From a virus (lineage: Duplodnaviria; Heunggongvirae; Uroviricota; Caudoviricetes), in the IMG/VR virus record IMGVR_UViG_3300035698_035307, positions 23,521 through 87,520 of that record: a stretch of 64,000 nucleotides of DNA. One strand, given 5' to 3'. The position numbers were made by a program, and so were the translations under genes. A model generated the notes under the pieces. It saw only the letters and a list, made by a program, of their open reading frames with translations, did not search any database and was not told where the DNA came from. Shown here in pieces: positions 38,776 through 47,791 of this stretch (the stretch's first letter is position 1; every line of letters starts with the position of its first letter).

Positions 38776-39927
38776 CTAAAATAATGCACTTGTGTACAAT
38801 AAATTTCTATCTAATTGTTTTAATCCCATTACCTTTATTACTTTGTTTAATGGGTCCAACATGCATTTTTCAAATTGCATTTCATAATCTATCTTCGGTG
38901 CAAACTCATAAGGAAAACTACCCTGAGCATAAGAGAAGCTGTCGTTAACTACATCAGTTGTATGATATACTTTTACTTTAACTGAATCTCCAATTCTCTC
39001 GTATTTATTCTTATGTTGTGACTTATGTAAAAGTAGATTATGATATCCAACACCTCTTACGTGGTATTGACAGCCTGAACCATATTCTAGCACCTTCTGG
39101 TCATCAATTATATACTTTGCATAACCATTACACTTAAGTGAGAATGATATGTCTTCAACATCTGCAACTAAAAATTCTTTCTTAATTGTCTTTAAGTATT
39201 GAACAACTTCCTTTAGTTCAGGTTTATCTTGCTTAAAGAATATTTCTAAAATTTTAGTTAGATGTTTTCTTGCAAATGGTGGAGTAGATGATTGAATCGT
39301 ATTCCATCCTTTTACTTTTATCTTTGAAAGACTCTTATGGTGTACATTAGGGTCTTCCCAAACAATATCTTGAATGTATTTCTTTTTTGCTAAGTGAATA
39401 CATTTTTTTGCAATTGACTCCATTTCAAATGAAAGGAAGTTTTCACCATTAATATTATCTGCATACATCTGGTGCACCTTTGCAAGATATCCCTTTAATC
39501 TGTGCTCGTAGAGTTGTAGAACAAAATCTTTCTCATCACCTTTCCAGTTTGATTTATCAATAAACTCTTGGAACGTAACATAACAAGAATCAGTATCAAT
39601 ATAAGTTACAATTGGAGCGTAAACTTGTCCTGTAATTTCAATACCTAATTTCTTGTGAAGTGCTATATCTTTATGCCAAAATTCATGGGCATATTTATTA
39701 AGCATACGTTCTGCGTATAAGATACAATCCTGGCCCTGTAATGTGATTGACTCTGCTATGTCAATATTAAAGAAATAGAACCACTCGTTTCCAAATGCGC
39801 CATAGATAGAGTTCAAGATACGTTTTACAGATTGTTCTAAATTGTAATATCTGTCAACTAATTCCTGTTCAACTACTAAAAGCTTTTCTAATTCCTCTTT
39901 GTTTAATTTACTTAAATCTTCACTCAT
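38776..39927 (-). CDS. gp43: Family B DNA polymerase, C-terminal subunit (motifs B and C, thumb)
   Basis: KRILNSIYG, YIDTDS, KKKY and KVKGW motifs; no exonuclease domain or motif A. Confidence 0.9.
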   Translation of the reverse strand: MSEDLSKLNKEELEKLLVVEQELVDRYYNLEQSVKRILNSIYGAFGNEWFYFFNIDIAESITLQGQDCILYAERMLNKYAHEFWHKDIALHKKLGIEITGQVYAPIVTYIDTDSCYVTFQEFIDKSNWKGDEKDFVLQLYEHRLKGYLAKVHQMYADNINGENFLSFEMESIAKKCIHLAKKKYIQDIVWEDPNVHHKSLSKIKVKGWNTIQSSTPPFARKHLTKILEIFFKQDKPELKEVVQYLKTIKKEFLVADVEDISFSLKCNGYAKYIIDDQKVLEYGSGCQYHVRGVGYHNLLLHKSQHKNKYERIGDSVKVKVYHTTDVVNDSFSYAQGSFPYEFAPKIDYEMQFEKCMLDPLNKVIKVMGLKQLDRNLLYTSALF

Positions 39928-39939
39928 AGACCGTTCTTA

Positions 39940-40716
39940 TTAATCTGTTTGACAAGTTGCTATTGATAATAGAGTTTCACTGTCATTAGATTTAAGAATC
40001 AATTTATTATGACATACTGAACAATCATAAGTTTCACTGTCAATTAAATTCAAGTATCTCTTATAAATCTGTACTGTGTCACCTTTACTATCAGCTGATG
40101 ATGGTGTCGCGATTAATGTATTAAATGTATCGTTAGGACTTTTAAACCAGACTTGGTTGTCCTTTAGTTCAATAAGGAAAGTATCTACATCTTTCTCAAT
40201 ATTTAATCTACTTTCAAGTTTAGAGATTACATCTTCGTCAAATGTAAATTTAAACAGTTTGTCACCATCATCGAAAATTGCTTCAATTTGGTCTACTGTT
40301 AAGTCCATAAAATTAATTGCAGGGTCGGCACAAGGTAATTTGATTTTATCAGTTTCTGCTGCGTTAGAAATTATAAATTGAGTTGCAATCCAACCAGCAT
40401 CTGTTGCTGAGAATGTAACTTCTGCTTTAATAGTTTCTAAACCAAACGTCTTAAGTGCATCAATTACTCTGTTTCCATTGTAGAAAGAAATTTTGTAAAT
40501 ATCTTCTGCAATTTGTGTATCATCCATTTCAAATAATGTTGAAGTAGGTATGATTTGTTGCTTGATTGCGTCATGTTCAGGGAAATAAACATTCGAAATA
40601 ATGTTACTGTCTTCAAGTTTTAAGTAGATAAACTTATCAATTGAGATGAGCTTCTTAATGAATGCAGTAAAAGGGCCTGAATTTAACTTATCAATGACTA
40701 TCGTCTTTTTGTCCAT
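39940..40716 (-). CDS. gp45: Probable sliding clamp (gp45-like)
   Basis: 258-aa alpha/beta protein directly upstream of polymerase B-part, with an early-type promoter. Based on size and position only. Confidence 0.5.
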   Translation of the reverse strand: MDKKTIVIDKLNSGPFTAFIKKLISIDKFIYLKLEDSNIISNVYFPEHDAIKQQIIPTSTLFEMDDTQIAEDIYKISFYNGNRVIDALKTFGLETIKAEVTFSATDAGWIATQFIISNAAETDKIKLPCADPAINFMDLTVDQIEAIFDDGDKLFKFTFDEDVISKLESRLNIEKDVDTFLIELKDNQVWFKSPNDTFNTLIATPSSADSKGDTVQIYKRYLNLIDSETYDCSVCHNKLILKSNDSETLLSIATCQTD

Positions 40717-40740
40717 ATCTATATTTTTTATTTACTAAGT

Positions 40741-40770
40741 ATTATAAGCGTTAAACTGAATATGTTTCAG
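40741..40770 (-). promoter_or_regulatory. Early/middle promoter CTGAAA-N18-TATAAT
   Basis: Lies 25 nt upstream of the clamp-like ATG. Confidence 0.6.
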
Positions 40771-40775
40771 ACCCT

Positions 40776-40800
40776 AAAAAAGCTTCTCGATGAGAAGCTT
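40776..40800 (-). terminator. Terminator after the Hc1-like gene
   Basis: 9-bp stem AAGCTTCTC/GAGAAGCTT followed by a T-run. Confidence 0.8.
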
Positions 40801-40824
40801 CCTTATTTTTAGTTGTGTGCTGGA

Positions 40825-41013
40825 TTATGCTTTTGCAGCATTCTTTGTGTCCTGTACATCTTTACGAACGTTCTGTGCAATACCTTTAATGTCTTGCATA
40901 GATTTTCTTAATCTAGTACCTGCTGCTTTATTACCTTTTGCGTAAAATTTTTCTGCATCTTTTTCAGTTGCTTCTACAACAGCTTTCAATTGTTCAAATA
41001 AATTTGATTCCAT
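40825..41013 (-). CDS. Histone H1-like Hc1-family DNA-binding protein
   Basis: KFYAKGNKAAGTRLRKSMQDIK. Confidence 0.8.
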   Translation of the reverse strand: MESNLFEQLKAVVEATEKDAEKFYAKGNKAAGTRLRKSMQDIKGIAQNVRKDVQDTKNAAKA

Positions 41014-41170
41014 AATTAAATTGTTTTTTGTTATTTAACTGCGTTATGCAGTTCTTATTATATATCCGCGAAAACTCAGTAATCACAGCACTTTTCTGGA
41101 AAAAACGCAGACCCTAATATGCCCTAGGAATATATCGCAATCCTAGGGCTAATCAGTTAAATCTGAGAAC

Positions 41171-41485
41171 TTATTTTTTCTCGAAACGAATGTCATAAGA
41201 TGCAGGCCAGGTTCTGTCATGGTCTGCTTCCATCTCCCAATCAGTATAACTGCTAATGATAGCTGTATATGTTTCTGATGCTTGATTGAACTTATTAACT
41301 TTCTCTGTTAAGTTACATTGGAATTGAAAACCTTCTTGGGTGTCCCAATATCTTAGAGATGAAGTCTTAATATAATGTTGTTCGATACCGTGACAACAGG
41401 CACTTTTTAATTGGGGTGTACCAAATATCTCATTAAAGATTTCAAAATCCTTAGTACTCTTATCAATTGTTTGATTTTCTACCAT
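41171..41485 (-). CDS. Hypothetical protein
   Basis: 104-aa ORF with an A-rich leader. Confidence 0.6.
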   Translation of the reverse strand: MVENQTIDKSTKDFEIFNEIFGTPQLKSACCHGIEQHYIKTSSLRYWDTQEGFQFQCNLTEKVNKFNQASETYTAIISSYTDWEMEADHDRTWPASYDIRFEKK

Positions 41486-41500
41486 ATTTTTATTTTATTT

Positions 41501-41698
41501 TTATACATCTTGTGACCAAAGTCCATCATGTTTATAACCTTTTGTGCTACAGAAATGGCCAATAATTTCTTCTTCAGGAGTCCAAAGAATTGCATAATCC
41601 AAAGAACCAGTGTAACAGTCAACTTTAATACCTTCCGCTGCTAATGCTTGAAGTACTTGGTTAAGAGTTGTGAATGTTTCTGTATGTAAATCTGTCAT
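41501..41698 (-). CDS. Hypothetical protein
   Basis: 65-aa ORF; candidate TTTG-N19-TACTTTAG promoter at 41731-41761. Confidence 0.55.
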   Translation of the reverse strand: MTDLHTETFTTLNQVLQALAAEGIKVDCYTGSLDYAILWTPEEEIIGHFCSTKGYKHDGLWSQDV

Positions 41699-41792
41699 GA
41701 TGTAAGTTTTTAAATGATTAATGTTCTATACTAAAGTATCAATAAAACCTCAGAACCCAAAGTATTCCTCAGAAATAACCCAATTAAACCCT

Positions 41793-41815
41793 AAAAAAAC
41801 GGGACAAAGCCCGTT
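41793..41815 (-). terminator. Terminator after nrdJ
   Basis: AACGGG/CCCGTT stem followed by a T-run. Confidence 0.65.
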
Positions 41816-41829
41816 CTCTTACTATTATC

Positions 41830-44352
41830 TTATGAGCATTTTGACCAGCCGCAAGCTTTACAACTTAAGCAACCATCAGTGTAATGCATTTCAGTAGACT
41901 TACATTCTGGGCACTTTTCACCTTTAGCTTCTGTACCATCATCGATGTATTTCTTTATCATTCTTTTTAAACCTGCATGCCATGATGCAAAGCCATCGCC
42001 ATCGAATTTAAGAGTGCAAAGAAGCTCGTATACATTTACTATTGGCATACCATGCCTTAATAGACCTGAGAATGTTTTAGCTATGTTCCAATATTCTTTA
42101 TTAAAGATTCTATCTAAGCCTCTTACTTCTTGTTCATAGCCATCTTTATCTACATAGATAAAATCATATCGTGAACCATTACCATTATCTTTAACCTTTT
42201 TAATCTTACCTTCTTCTACCCAAGATGGAATTGGGAATGCATCTAACTTACCAGTGAATAATTCATATGGTCTACCTTCATTGATACCTATGAAACCAAT
42301 CCATTTTTCTTTCTGGTTATTAAATCGAATGATGTCAGCTTCCAAAAATTTAGTTCTTTTTGGTGCAACTCTTTCTCGCATTCTTTCTGTAAGTTTTTGC
42401 TCTTTCTTATCTTCTTTAGATACAAGAACTCCTGAACGTGAACCATCACGATATACAGTAACTCCTTTACAACCAGATTCCCATGCAGTCATATAAACTT
42501 TACCTACTATTTCTTCTTTAACATCATTAGGTAAGTTAACAGTAACGCTAATAGAATGGTCAACCCATTTCTGGATAGCACCTTGCATCTTTACTTTCTC
42601 AACCCAATCAACATCATCACTGCTTGCTTTATCATAAGGAGATTCTTTTACTACCTCATTTAATTCAGCAGATGACATTATTTTGATTTTATCTAAGTTG
42701 TAACCTTTTACTTTAGCCCATTTTAAAAACTTAGCATGGAATACAGGATATTCTTCCCAGTGGTCTCCAACATCATCGATGAAAACACCGTTCGTATCTT
42801 TGTCATTAGGATTAATTTTTCTTCTCCGCATGTAGACAGGTTTAAATACTGGCTCAATTCCAGATGTTGTCTGGGTCATTAAACTTGTAGTTCCTGTTGG
42901 TGCAATTGTAAGAAGTGCTATATTTCTTCTACCATATTCTTTAAGTAAATCATCAATTTCTGGACAAGCTGCAATCAATCTTTGTATGAAAGGATTGTTA
43001 ACTTCTCTTTCGTAATCATATACATTAAATGCTCCTCTTTCTTTAGCTAAATAACATGAAGCTTTATAAACTCCAATAGCTAATTCCTTATGAATGTTTT
43101 CTGAGAACTTTGTAGCTTCAGGAGTACCATAAGTTAAACCAAGTCCAGCAAGCATATCACCTTCTGCAGTTACTCCAATACCTGTTCTACGACCATCTTC
43201 AGTCTTTTTCTTTATCTTTTGCCATAATTCAATCTCTGTTCTTTTAAATACTTCTTCTTCTGGGTCAGTTTTAATTTTCGAGATGATTGAATCAATTTTC
43301 TCAATCTCTAAGTCAATGATGTTATCCATAAATCTTTGAGCATGTCTCGCATGTTCTTCAAATAGAACATAATCAAATTCTGCTTTGTCTGTGAATGGAT
43401 TTCTTACATAACTGTATAAGTTAATTGCAAGAAGTCTACAACTGTCATATGGACATAAAGGTATCTCACCGCAAGGATTTGTACTTACAGTTTTGTAACC
43501 TATATCTGCATAGCAATCAGGTACTGATTCTTTTATAATTGTGTCCCAGAATAAGATTCCTGGTTCAGCTGATTTCCATGCATTGTAAACAATTTTATTG
43601 AATACTTCAGTTGCATCTATATGTTTAGTTAATTTAGGAACTTCTGCGTTTACTGGAAATTGTTGTAGATATTCCGTGCCTGCTTTAACTGCTTGCATAA
43701 AATCATCATCAATTTTAATAGAAACATTTGCTCCTGTAATTTTACCTTGTTCTGTTTTTGCATCTATAAAATCTATTGCATCTGGATGCTTCATAGATAA
43801 ACTCAACATTAGTGCACCTCTTCTACCGTCCTGTGCTACTTCTCTTGTTGAATTTGAATATCTTTCCATAAATGGAACGACACCTGTTGATGTTAATGCT
43901 GAATTTTTTACTGGTGAACCTTTCGGCCTTATGTGACTTAAATCATGACCAACTCCACCTCTACGTTTCATCAACTGTATTTGTTCTTGGTCTGTTTGGG
44001 TAATACCCCCATAACTATCTGCTTCATTACCTACAACGAAACAATTAGAAAGTGACACTGTCTGCATGGTATTACCTATGCCTGACATTGGGCCGCCTTG
44101 TGGTATAATGTATTCAAAGTCTTTAATAAGGTCGTATATCTCTTCAACACCCATTGGATTCGCGTACTTAGCATCAACTCTTGCAAGTTCGTTTGCAATT
44201 CTTCGATGCATATGGTCGGGGTTTAATTCATAAATGTTCCCGTCGCTATCCTTTAGAGCATATTTGTTAATCCAAACATTGGCTGCTAATTCATCACCTC
44301 TAAAATATGCTAAAGACGATGTAAATACTTCTTCTCTGTTATACGATTCCAT
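41830..44352 (-). CDS. nrdJ: Class II (adenosylcobalamin-dependent) ribonucleotide reductase
   Basis: SLSNC, TNPCGEIPLC and TIAPTGT motifs; C-terminal Zn-ribbon CPEC...CKAC; no adjacent NrdB. Confidence 0.9.
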   Translation of the reverse strand: MESYNREEVFTSSLAYFRGDELAANVWINKYALKDSDGNIYELNPDHMHRRIANELARVDAKYANPMGVEEIYDLIKDFEYIIPQGGPMSGIGNTMQTVSLSNCFVVGNEADSYGGITQTDQEQIQLMKRRGGVGHDLSHIRPKGSPVKNSALTSTGVVPFMERYSNSTREVAQDGRRGALMLSLSMKHPDAIDFIDAKTEQGKITGANVSIKIDDDFMQAVKAGTEYLQQFPVNAEVPKLTKHIDATEVFNKIVYNAWKSAEPGILFWDTIIKESVPDCYADIGYKTVSTNPCGEIPLCPYDSCRLLAINLYSYVRNPFTDKAEFDYVLFEEHARHAQRFMDNIIDLEIEKIDSIISKIKTDPEEEVFKRTEIELWQKIKKKTEDGRRTGIGVTAEGDMLAGLGLTYGTPEATKFSENIHKELAIGVYKASCYLAKERGAFNVYDYEREVNNPFIQRLIAACPEIDDLLKEYGRRNIALLTIAPTGTTSLMTQTTSGIEPVFKPVYMRRRKINPNDKDTNGVFIDDVGDHWEEYPVFHAKFLKWAKVKGYNLDKIKIMSSAELNEVVKESPYDKASSDDVDWVEKVKMQGAIQKWVDHSISVTVNLPNDVKEEIVGKVYMTAWESGCKGVTVYRDGSRSGVLVSKEDKKEQKLTERMRERVAPKRTKFLEADIIRFNNQKEKWIGFIGINEGRPYELFTGKLDAFPIPSWVEEGKIKKVKDNGNGSRYDFIYVDKDGYEQEVRGLDRIFNKEYWNIAKTFSGLLRHGMPIVNVYELLCTLKFDGDGFASWHAGLKRMIKKYIDDGTEAKGEKCPECKSTEMHYTDGCLSCKACGWSKCS

Positions 44353-44358
44353 TAATTT

Positions 44359-45792
44359 TTACTTATTTTTTATCATTTCTTTTATCTCAGCTACTCTCAT
44401 TTTATGCTGAAACATTTCTTTCTTATACTCTTTTCTTTGAGCATATAGATTAGTTAGTACTTCTTTAAGAATGGATTTTTCTGTGCTGTATACACATCCG
44501 TTTACAGTGATAATCTTATCTTTATCACCCTTTTTTCTTTCTGCTTCCACTTGAGAAGCTGGTATTTTTTCAAGAAGTACGTCTGGTGAGATGTTACACA
44601 TTCTCATTAGAGATGGATATAGTGAAGCATAATCAAAACATGCTACCGCTCTGTATAAACCTCGAATAGGTTCCTTTACAAAAGCTCCTTGGAACTTACC
44701 ATCTTTTTTACTACCGAAGTCACCATTACCACTTTCCTTACCAAGGACTTTATCCATTGTTAGGAAATATCTTGATAGATAGGATTCAGTAATAGATACT
44801 GGTGATGATGCTTTATACATACTGATTTTACAAATGTTAGCAAGTGTAAGAGCAACTTGTAACGTCTTTAATCGCTTGTCAATAAAATATACTAAAACAC
44901 TATCAACACCATTATAATAAACGTACTTCTGAAAGTCATCATCATATAACTCTTGTAAGCCACCGTTATATTTAATCTTACTTTTCTTCAGTACTGCATT
45001 TGCTGCAGTTTCTAATTTATTATTTTCTTTAATCTTAACAGTCCTGTCCCAGTTCGCATATAAATCCATATAATCTACGATTCCAACATGAAGTGGGAGC
45101 ATATCCTTACCATTCAATTTACCTGAAGGTGAAGCTATAGATGCATCAATCTGAAGTCTCTTTGAACGATTTACAATATATTTCCAGTCAAACCCTATAA
45201 AATTCCAGCCTGACATGATTGGAAATTTTCTAACGAATTTACTTAAGAATGTGTAAATCATATCATACTCAGAATCAAACTTAAAGTACTTGAACTCCCA
45301 TTTCTTAATGCCAAATTCTTCGTTTAAGTCTGCAAAATATTCATTTGTGTTTTCCTCGATTTTAACTTTCTCATCGTTACTTAAGTCTTTAAGTCCGAGA
45401 ACGATTACTTTATTATCTGGGGTGATAATTGATAAAGTAAGAATACGGCTTTCCGCACGGTCTGCATGCGGAAAACCATCTAATACTTCTACTTCTATAT
45501 CTACGAAATATGCCTTTGGGAAATTATAACCGAATATCAATTCAGCATCTTCTGGCTTTAATTGGTCTAAGAAATTATACACAGAATACTTATTCAGTGA
45601 ACGTGCTTTTCCTAATTTAACAGGTCTTCCATCCCAATTACGCTTATTCTTTGCTTTCCATTTATCATTCTCATTTGTAATGTACCAATTACGAAACTCA
45701 TCAAATTTGTAAGTTTTGTAATCAACAACACCTTTTTTGTTGAAATATGATATAATTAGCGATTTATCTTCCTGTTCAATATCAAGTAGCAT
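44359..45792 (-). CDS. gp43: Family B DNA polymerase, N-terminal subunit (3'-5' exonuclease and motif A)
   Basis: FVDIE (ExoI), GWNFIGFDW (ExoII), YNGVDS (ExoIII) and FDYASLYPS (motif A). Ends after QRKEYKK. Confidence 0.9.
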   Translation of the reverse strand: MLLDIEQEDKSLIISYFNKKGVVDYKTYKFDEFRNWYITNENDKWKAKNKRNWDGRPVKLGKARSLNKYSVYNFLDQLKPEDAELIFGYNFPKAYFVDIEVEVLDGFPHADRAESRILTLSIITPDNKVIVLGLKDLSNDEKVKIEENTNEYFADLNEEFGIKKWEFKYFKFDSEYDMIYTFLSKFVRKFPIMSGWNFIGFDWKYIVNRSKRLQIDASIASPSGKLNGKDMLPLHVGIVDYMDLYANWDRTVKIKENNKLETAANAVLKKSKIKYNGGLQELYDDDFQKYVYYNGVDSVLVYFIDKRLKTLQVALTLANICKISMYKASSPVSITESYLSRYFLTMDKVLGKESGNGDFGSKKDGKFQGAFVKEPIRGLYRAVACFDYASLYPSLMRMCNISPDVLLEKIPASQVEAERKKGDKDKIITVNGCVYSTEKSILKEVLTNLYAQRKEYKKEMFQHKMRVAEIKEMIKNK

Positions 45793-45815
45793 ATAGTTAT
45801 GTATTTATAAAATTC

Positions 45816-46379
45816 TTATTTCTTATCTGAATCACCGAAACCTGTTGTACCTCTATCAGATTCAGAAGCATATAGTTCAGTGAAAGGAACTACCTTAGGT
45901 TGTGAGTAAAATACAGGTATTAAAAGCATCTGTACTAATTTGTCACCTGCTACGATTGTCTGGTCTACTGTTCCTGTATTAACAAGGTTCAAATGAACTT
46001 CACCTTGATAAGGTTGGTCAATTACTTCAGCAAGTCTATCAAGACCTTTCTTACTACCTACTCCAGATTTGTTATGAACTAACAATGCAACACCTGCACG
46101 AAGTTCATCAGGCTCTGCGCCTTGATTATCAGCAACTAAATTTGCTAATGAATCTAAATCTACATGTACGCCAGCTGGTACAAGTATTCGTCCCTGTGGT
46201 TTTAATACTATAGAATCAGACGTAACTTCGATATTATTAGCTAATATCTCTTGCTCGTTCTTCTTTCTTAAATCTGCTAAGAACTGTTCGTCAAATGCAG
46301 GGACATAGAAGTCCATTCCTGCGTCATTAGGATGTGCCCTTACTGGAACTTTAACATCTCTTGTTAAGCTTAATCTCAT
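45816..46379 (-). CDS. dut: Trimeric dUTPase
   Basis: DAGMDF, NKSG, VIDQPYQGE, GDKLVQ and RGTTGFG motifs. Confidence 0.93.
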   Translation of the reverse strand: MRLSLTRDVKVPVRAHPNDAGMDFYVPAFDEQFLADLRKKNEQEILANNIEVTSDSIVLKPQGRILVPAGVHVDLDSLANLVADNQGAEPDELRAGVALLVHNKSGVGSKKGLDRLAEVIDQPYQGEVHLNLVNTGTVDQTIVAGDKLVQMLLIPVFYSQPKVVPFTELYASESDRGTTGFGDSDKK

Positions 46380-46449
46380 ATTTATAAATTTAATTGTTTA
46401 GAAGTTATATTAGTATGGCGGCCATAGTTTCAAAGAAATTAGAGATTAA

Positions 46450-46473
46450 AAAAGCGAACTACAGTTCGCTTTT
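46450..46473 (-). terminator. Terminator overlapping the stop of the last accessory-block gene
   Basis: 10-bp stem AAAAGCGAAC/GTTCGCTTTT. Confidence 0.7.
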
Positions 46474-46713
46474 CTTTTTCTTTTTCTTCTTCTTTTTCTT
46501 CTTGACAGGTTCCTCTTCAGGAGGAATATACATTGGGCTGTCACCTGAACCAGGTTTCTGTAATGAAAGTGGACCATCTGGAGCACCAGGCAATGAAACT
46601 TTACCCATGCCAGGTACTGTCATACCAGGATTAAGACTTGCACCACCTACAACATCTTCATTTGCAAATTCTTCAAATGTGAATAACTTAAAGGTTGGTT
46701 TAGTGTCTTTCAT
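46459..46713 (-). CDS. Small protein: capsid-targeting-like leader, major-capsid N-arm copy and poly-Lys tail
   Basis: FTFEEFANE; LNPGMTVPGMGKVSLPGAP...GSGD; K10 run. Confidence 0.75.
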   Translation of the reverse strand: MKDTKPTFKLFTFEEFANEDVVGGASLNPGMTVPGMGKVSLPGAPDGPLSLQKPGSGDSPMYIPPEEEPVKKKKKKKKKKKSEL

Positions 46714-46714
46714 A

Positions 46715-47776
46715 CTATAAGCCTTTCATTTCATCTGCTAATTCCTTAGCATTTTCTTTAGCTACTTTTGGGTCATATTTACCAGCATGTCTACTTTTCA
46801 TATACTTCATTAAATCGCTAGCTTTCATTTTACCAGACTCAGCCATTGCTTGACGGATATCATCTTCTGACATTTCGTATTCTTTCGCTTCATTAACTTT
46901 TCTACTTCTAGCTTTCCATATTCTACTACCAGTTTCTGAAAGTGCTACCATACCACCTTTAACTTTGAATAAGCTTGAATTATTTCTAACCCATCTTTTT
47001 GAAAGATTAAATTCTGCTACGATTTTATCAAATTCTACTTGACTCATTTTCTTATCAGCCATAACTTCTAGAATCTTATCTCTTACTCTACCATGAAGAC
47101 CTGCTGATTTTGAAGGGTGATTCTCAGTATACTGCCTCTTGTATTGTACCTTCTTAGCTTCGTTCAAATCTTCTACACTACTGTTAGCTAGAGATTCTAA
47201 TTTAAGTTTCTTTCTTGCAATTTCATAATCTGCACCAGTTATTATGGCTTCTTCGTCATCAAATTCATCAGCTATTAAATCACGTAATTCATCGTCTGTT
47301 TCAATACCTAAAGATTTTGCACGCTTCATAAGCTTTTTGAACTGAGGAGTTGTGCCTTCATTAATACATTCTTCTAAATATTCAAAAGAACCTAAATCAG
47401 CTTCTTTGATAGTCAATGCATTTACTAAATGTCCTTTAAAGTATTTTGAAAAGAAAGCTTTGTTTTCCTTTGGCATTGGTTCTGGCATTGTATCATCGCC
47501 ATCTATAACTTCTTCGCCAGGTGGCCTATGGTCAATCATGATATCAATAATGTCCTCTTCATCCATATCTATAACATAAACATCTTTAGCTTTATATTTT
47601 ACTGAATCTCCTTCAGAATTAAGCTCAATTGCTAATTTGTCACCTTTTACAAAATCTACTTTACCAGCGTATTTCCAATCAGTAGTAACCACCATTCGCC
47701 ATCTTAAAAAATTATAATCTTTAGCTTCATTTAAAGACTCTTTAAAGTCTTCGAATAACATTACGTGTTGTTTCAT
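46715..47776 (-). CDS. Multi-module probable head protein with a C-terminal YqeY-like helical domain
   Basis: Leader MLFEDFKESLNE; internal INE/LNE/VNE sites; C-terminal MSEDDIRQAM...DLMKYMKSRHAGKYDPK. Confidence 0.65.
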   Translation of the reverse strand: MKQHVMLFEDFKESLNEAKDYNFLRWRMVVTTDWKYAGKVDFVKGDKLAIELNSEGDSVKYKAKDVYVIDMDEEDIIDIMIDHRPPGEEVIDGDDTMPEPMPKENKAFFSKYFKGHLVNALTIKEADLGSFEYLEECINEGTTPQFKKLMKRAKSLGIETDDELRDLIADEFDDEEAIITGADYEIARKKLKLESLANSSVEDLNEAKKVQYKRQYTENHPSKSAGLHGRVRDKILEVMADKKMSQVEFDKIVAEFNLSKRWVRNNSSLFKVKGGMVALSETGSRIWKARSRKVNEAKEYEMSEDDIRQAMAESGKMKASDLMKYMKSRHAGKYDPKVAKENAKELADEMKGL

Positions 47777-47791
47777 ATTATTGAGTTTATT

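Noticed and set aside
41748-41773. CCTCAGAA direct repeat as an operator
   Set aside because: Only two 8-bp copies; not distinguishable from chance without more examples.
38776-45792. Split intein or intron explanation for the divided polymerase
   Set aside because: No Cys/Ser-initiated intein N-fragment, no His-Asn C-terminus and no homing endonuclease at the break; intact genes lie between the halves.
46394-46720. Plus-strand ORF with a poly-Phe run
   Set aside because: Reverse complement of the poly-Lys tail of the 46459-46713 gene, and it spans a terminator.
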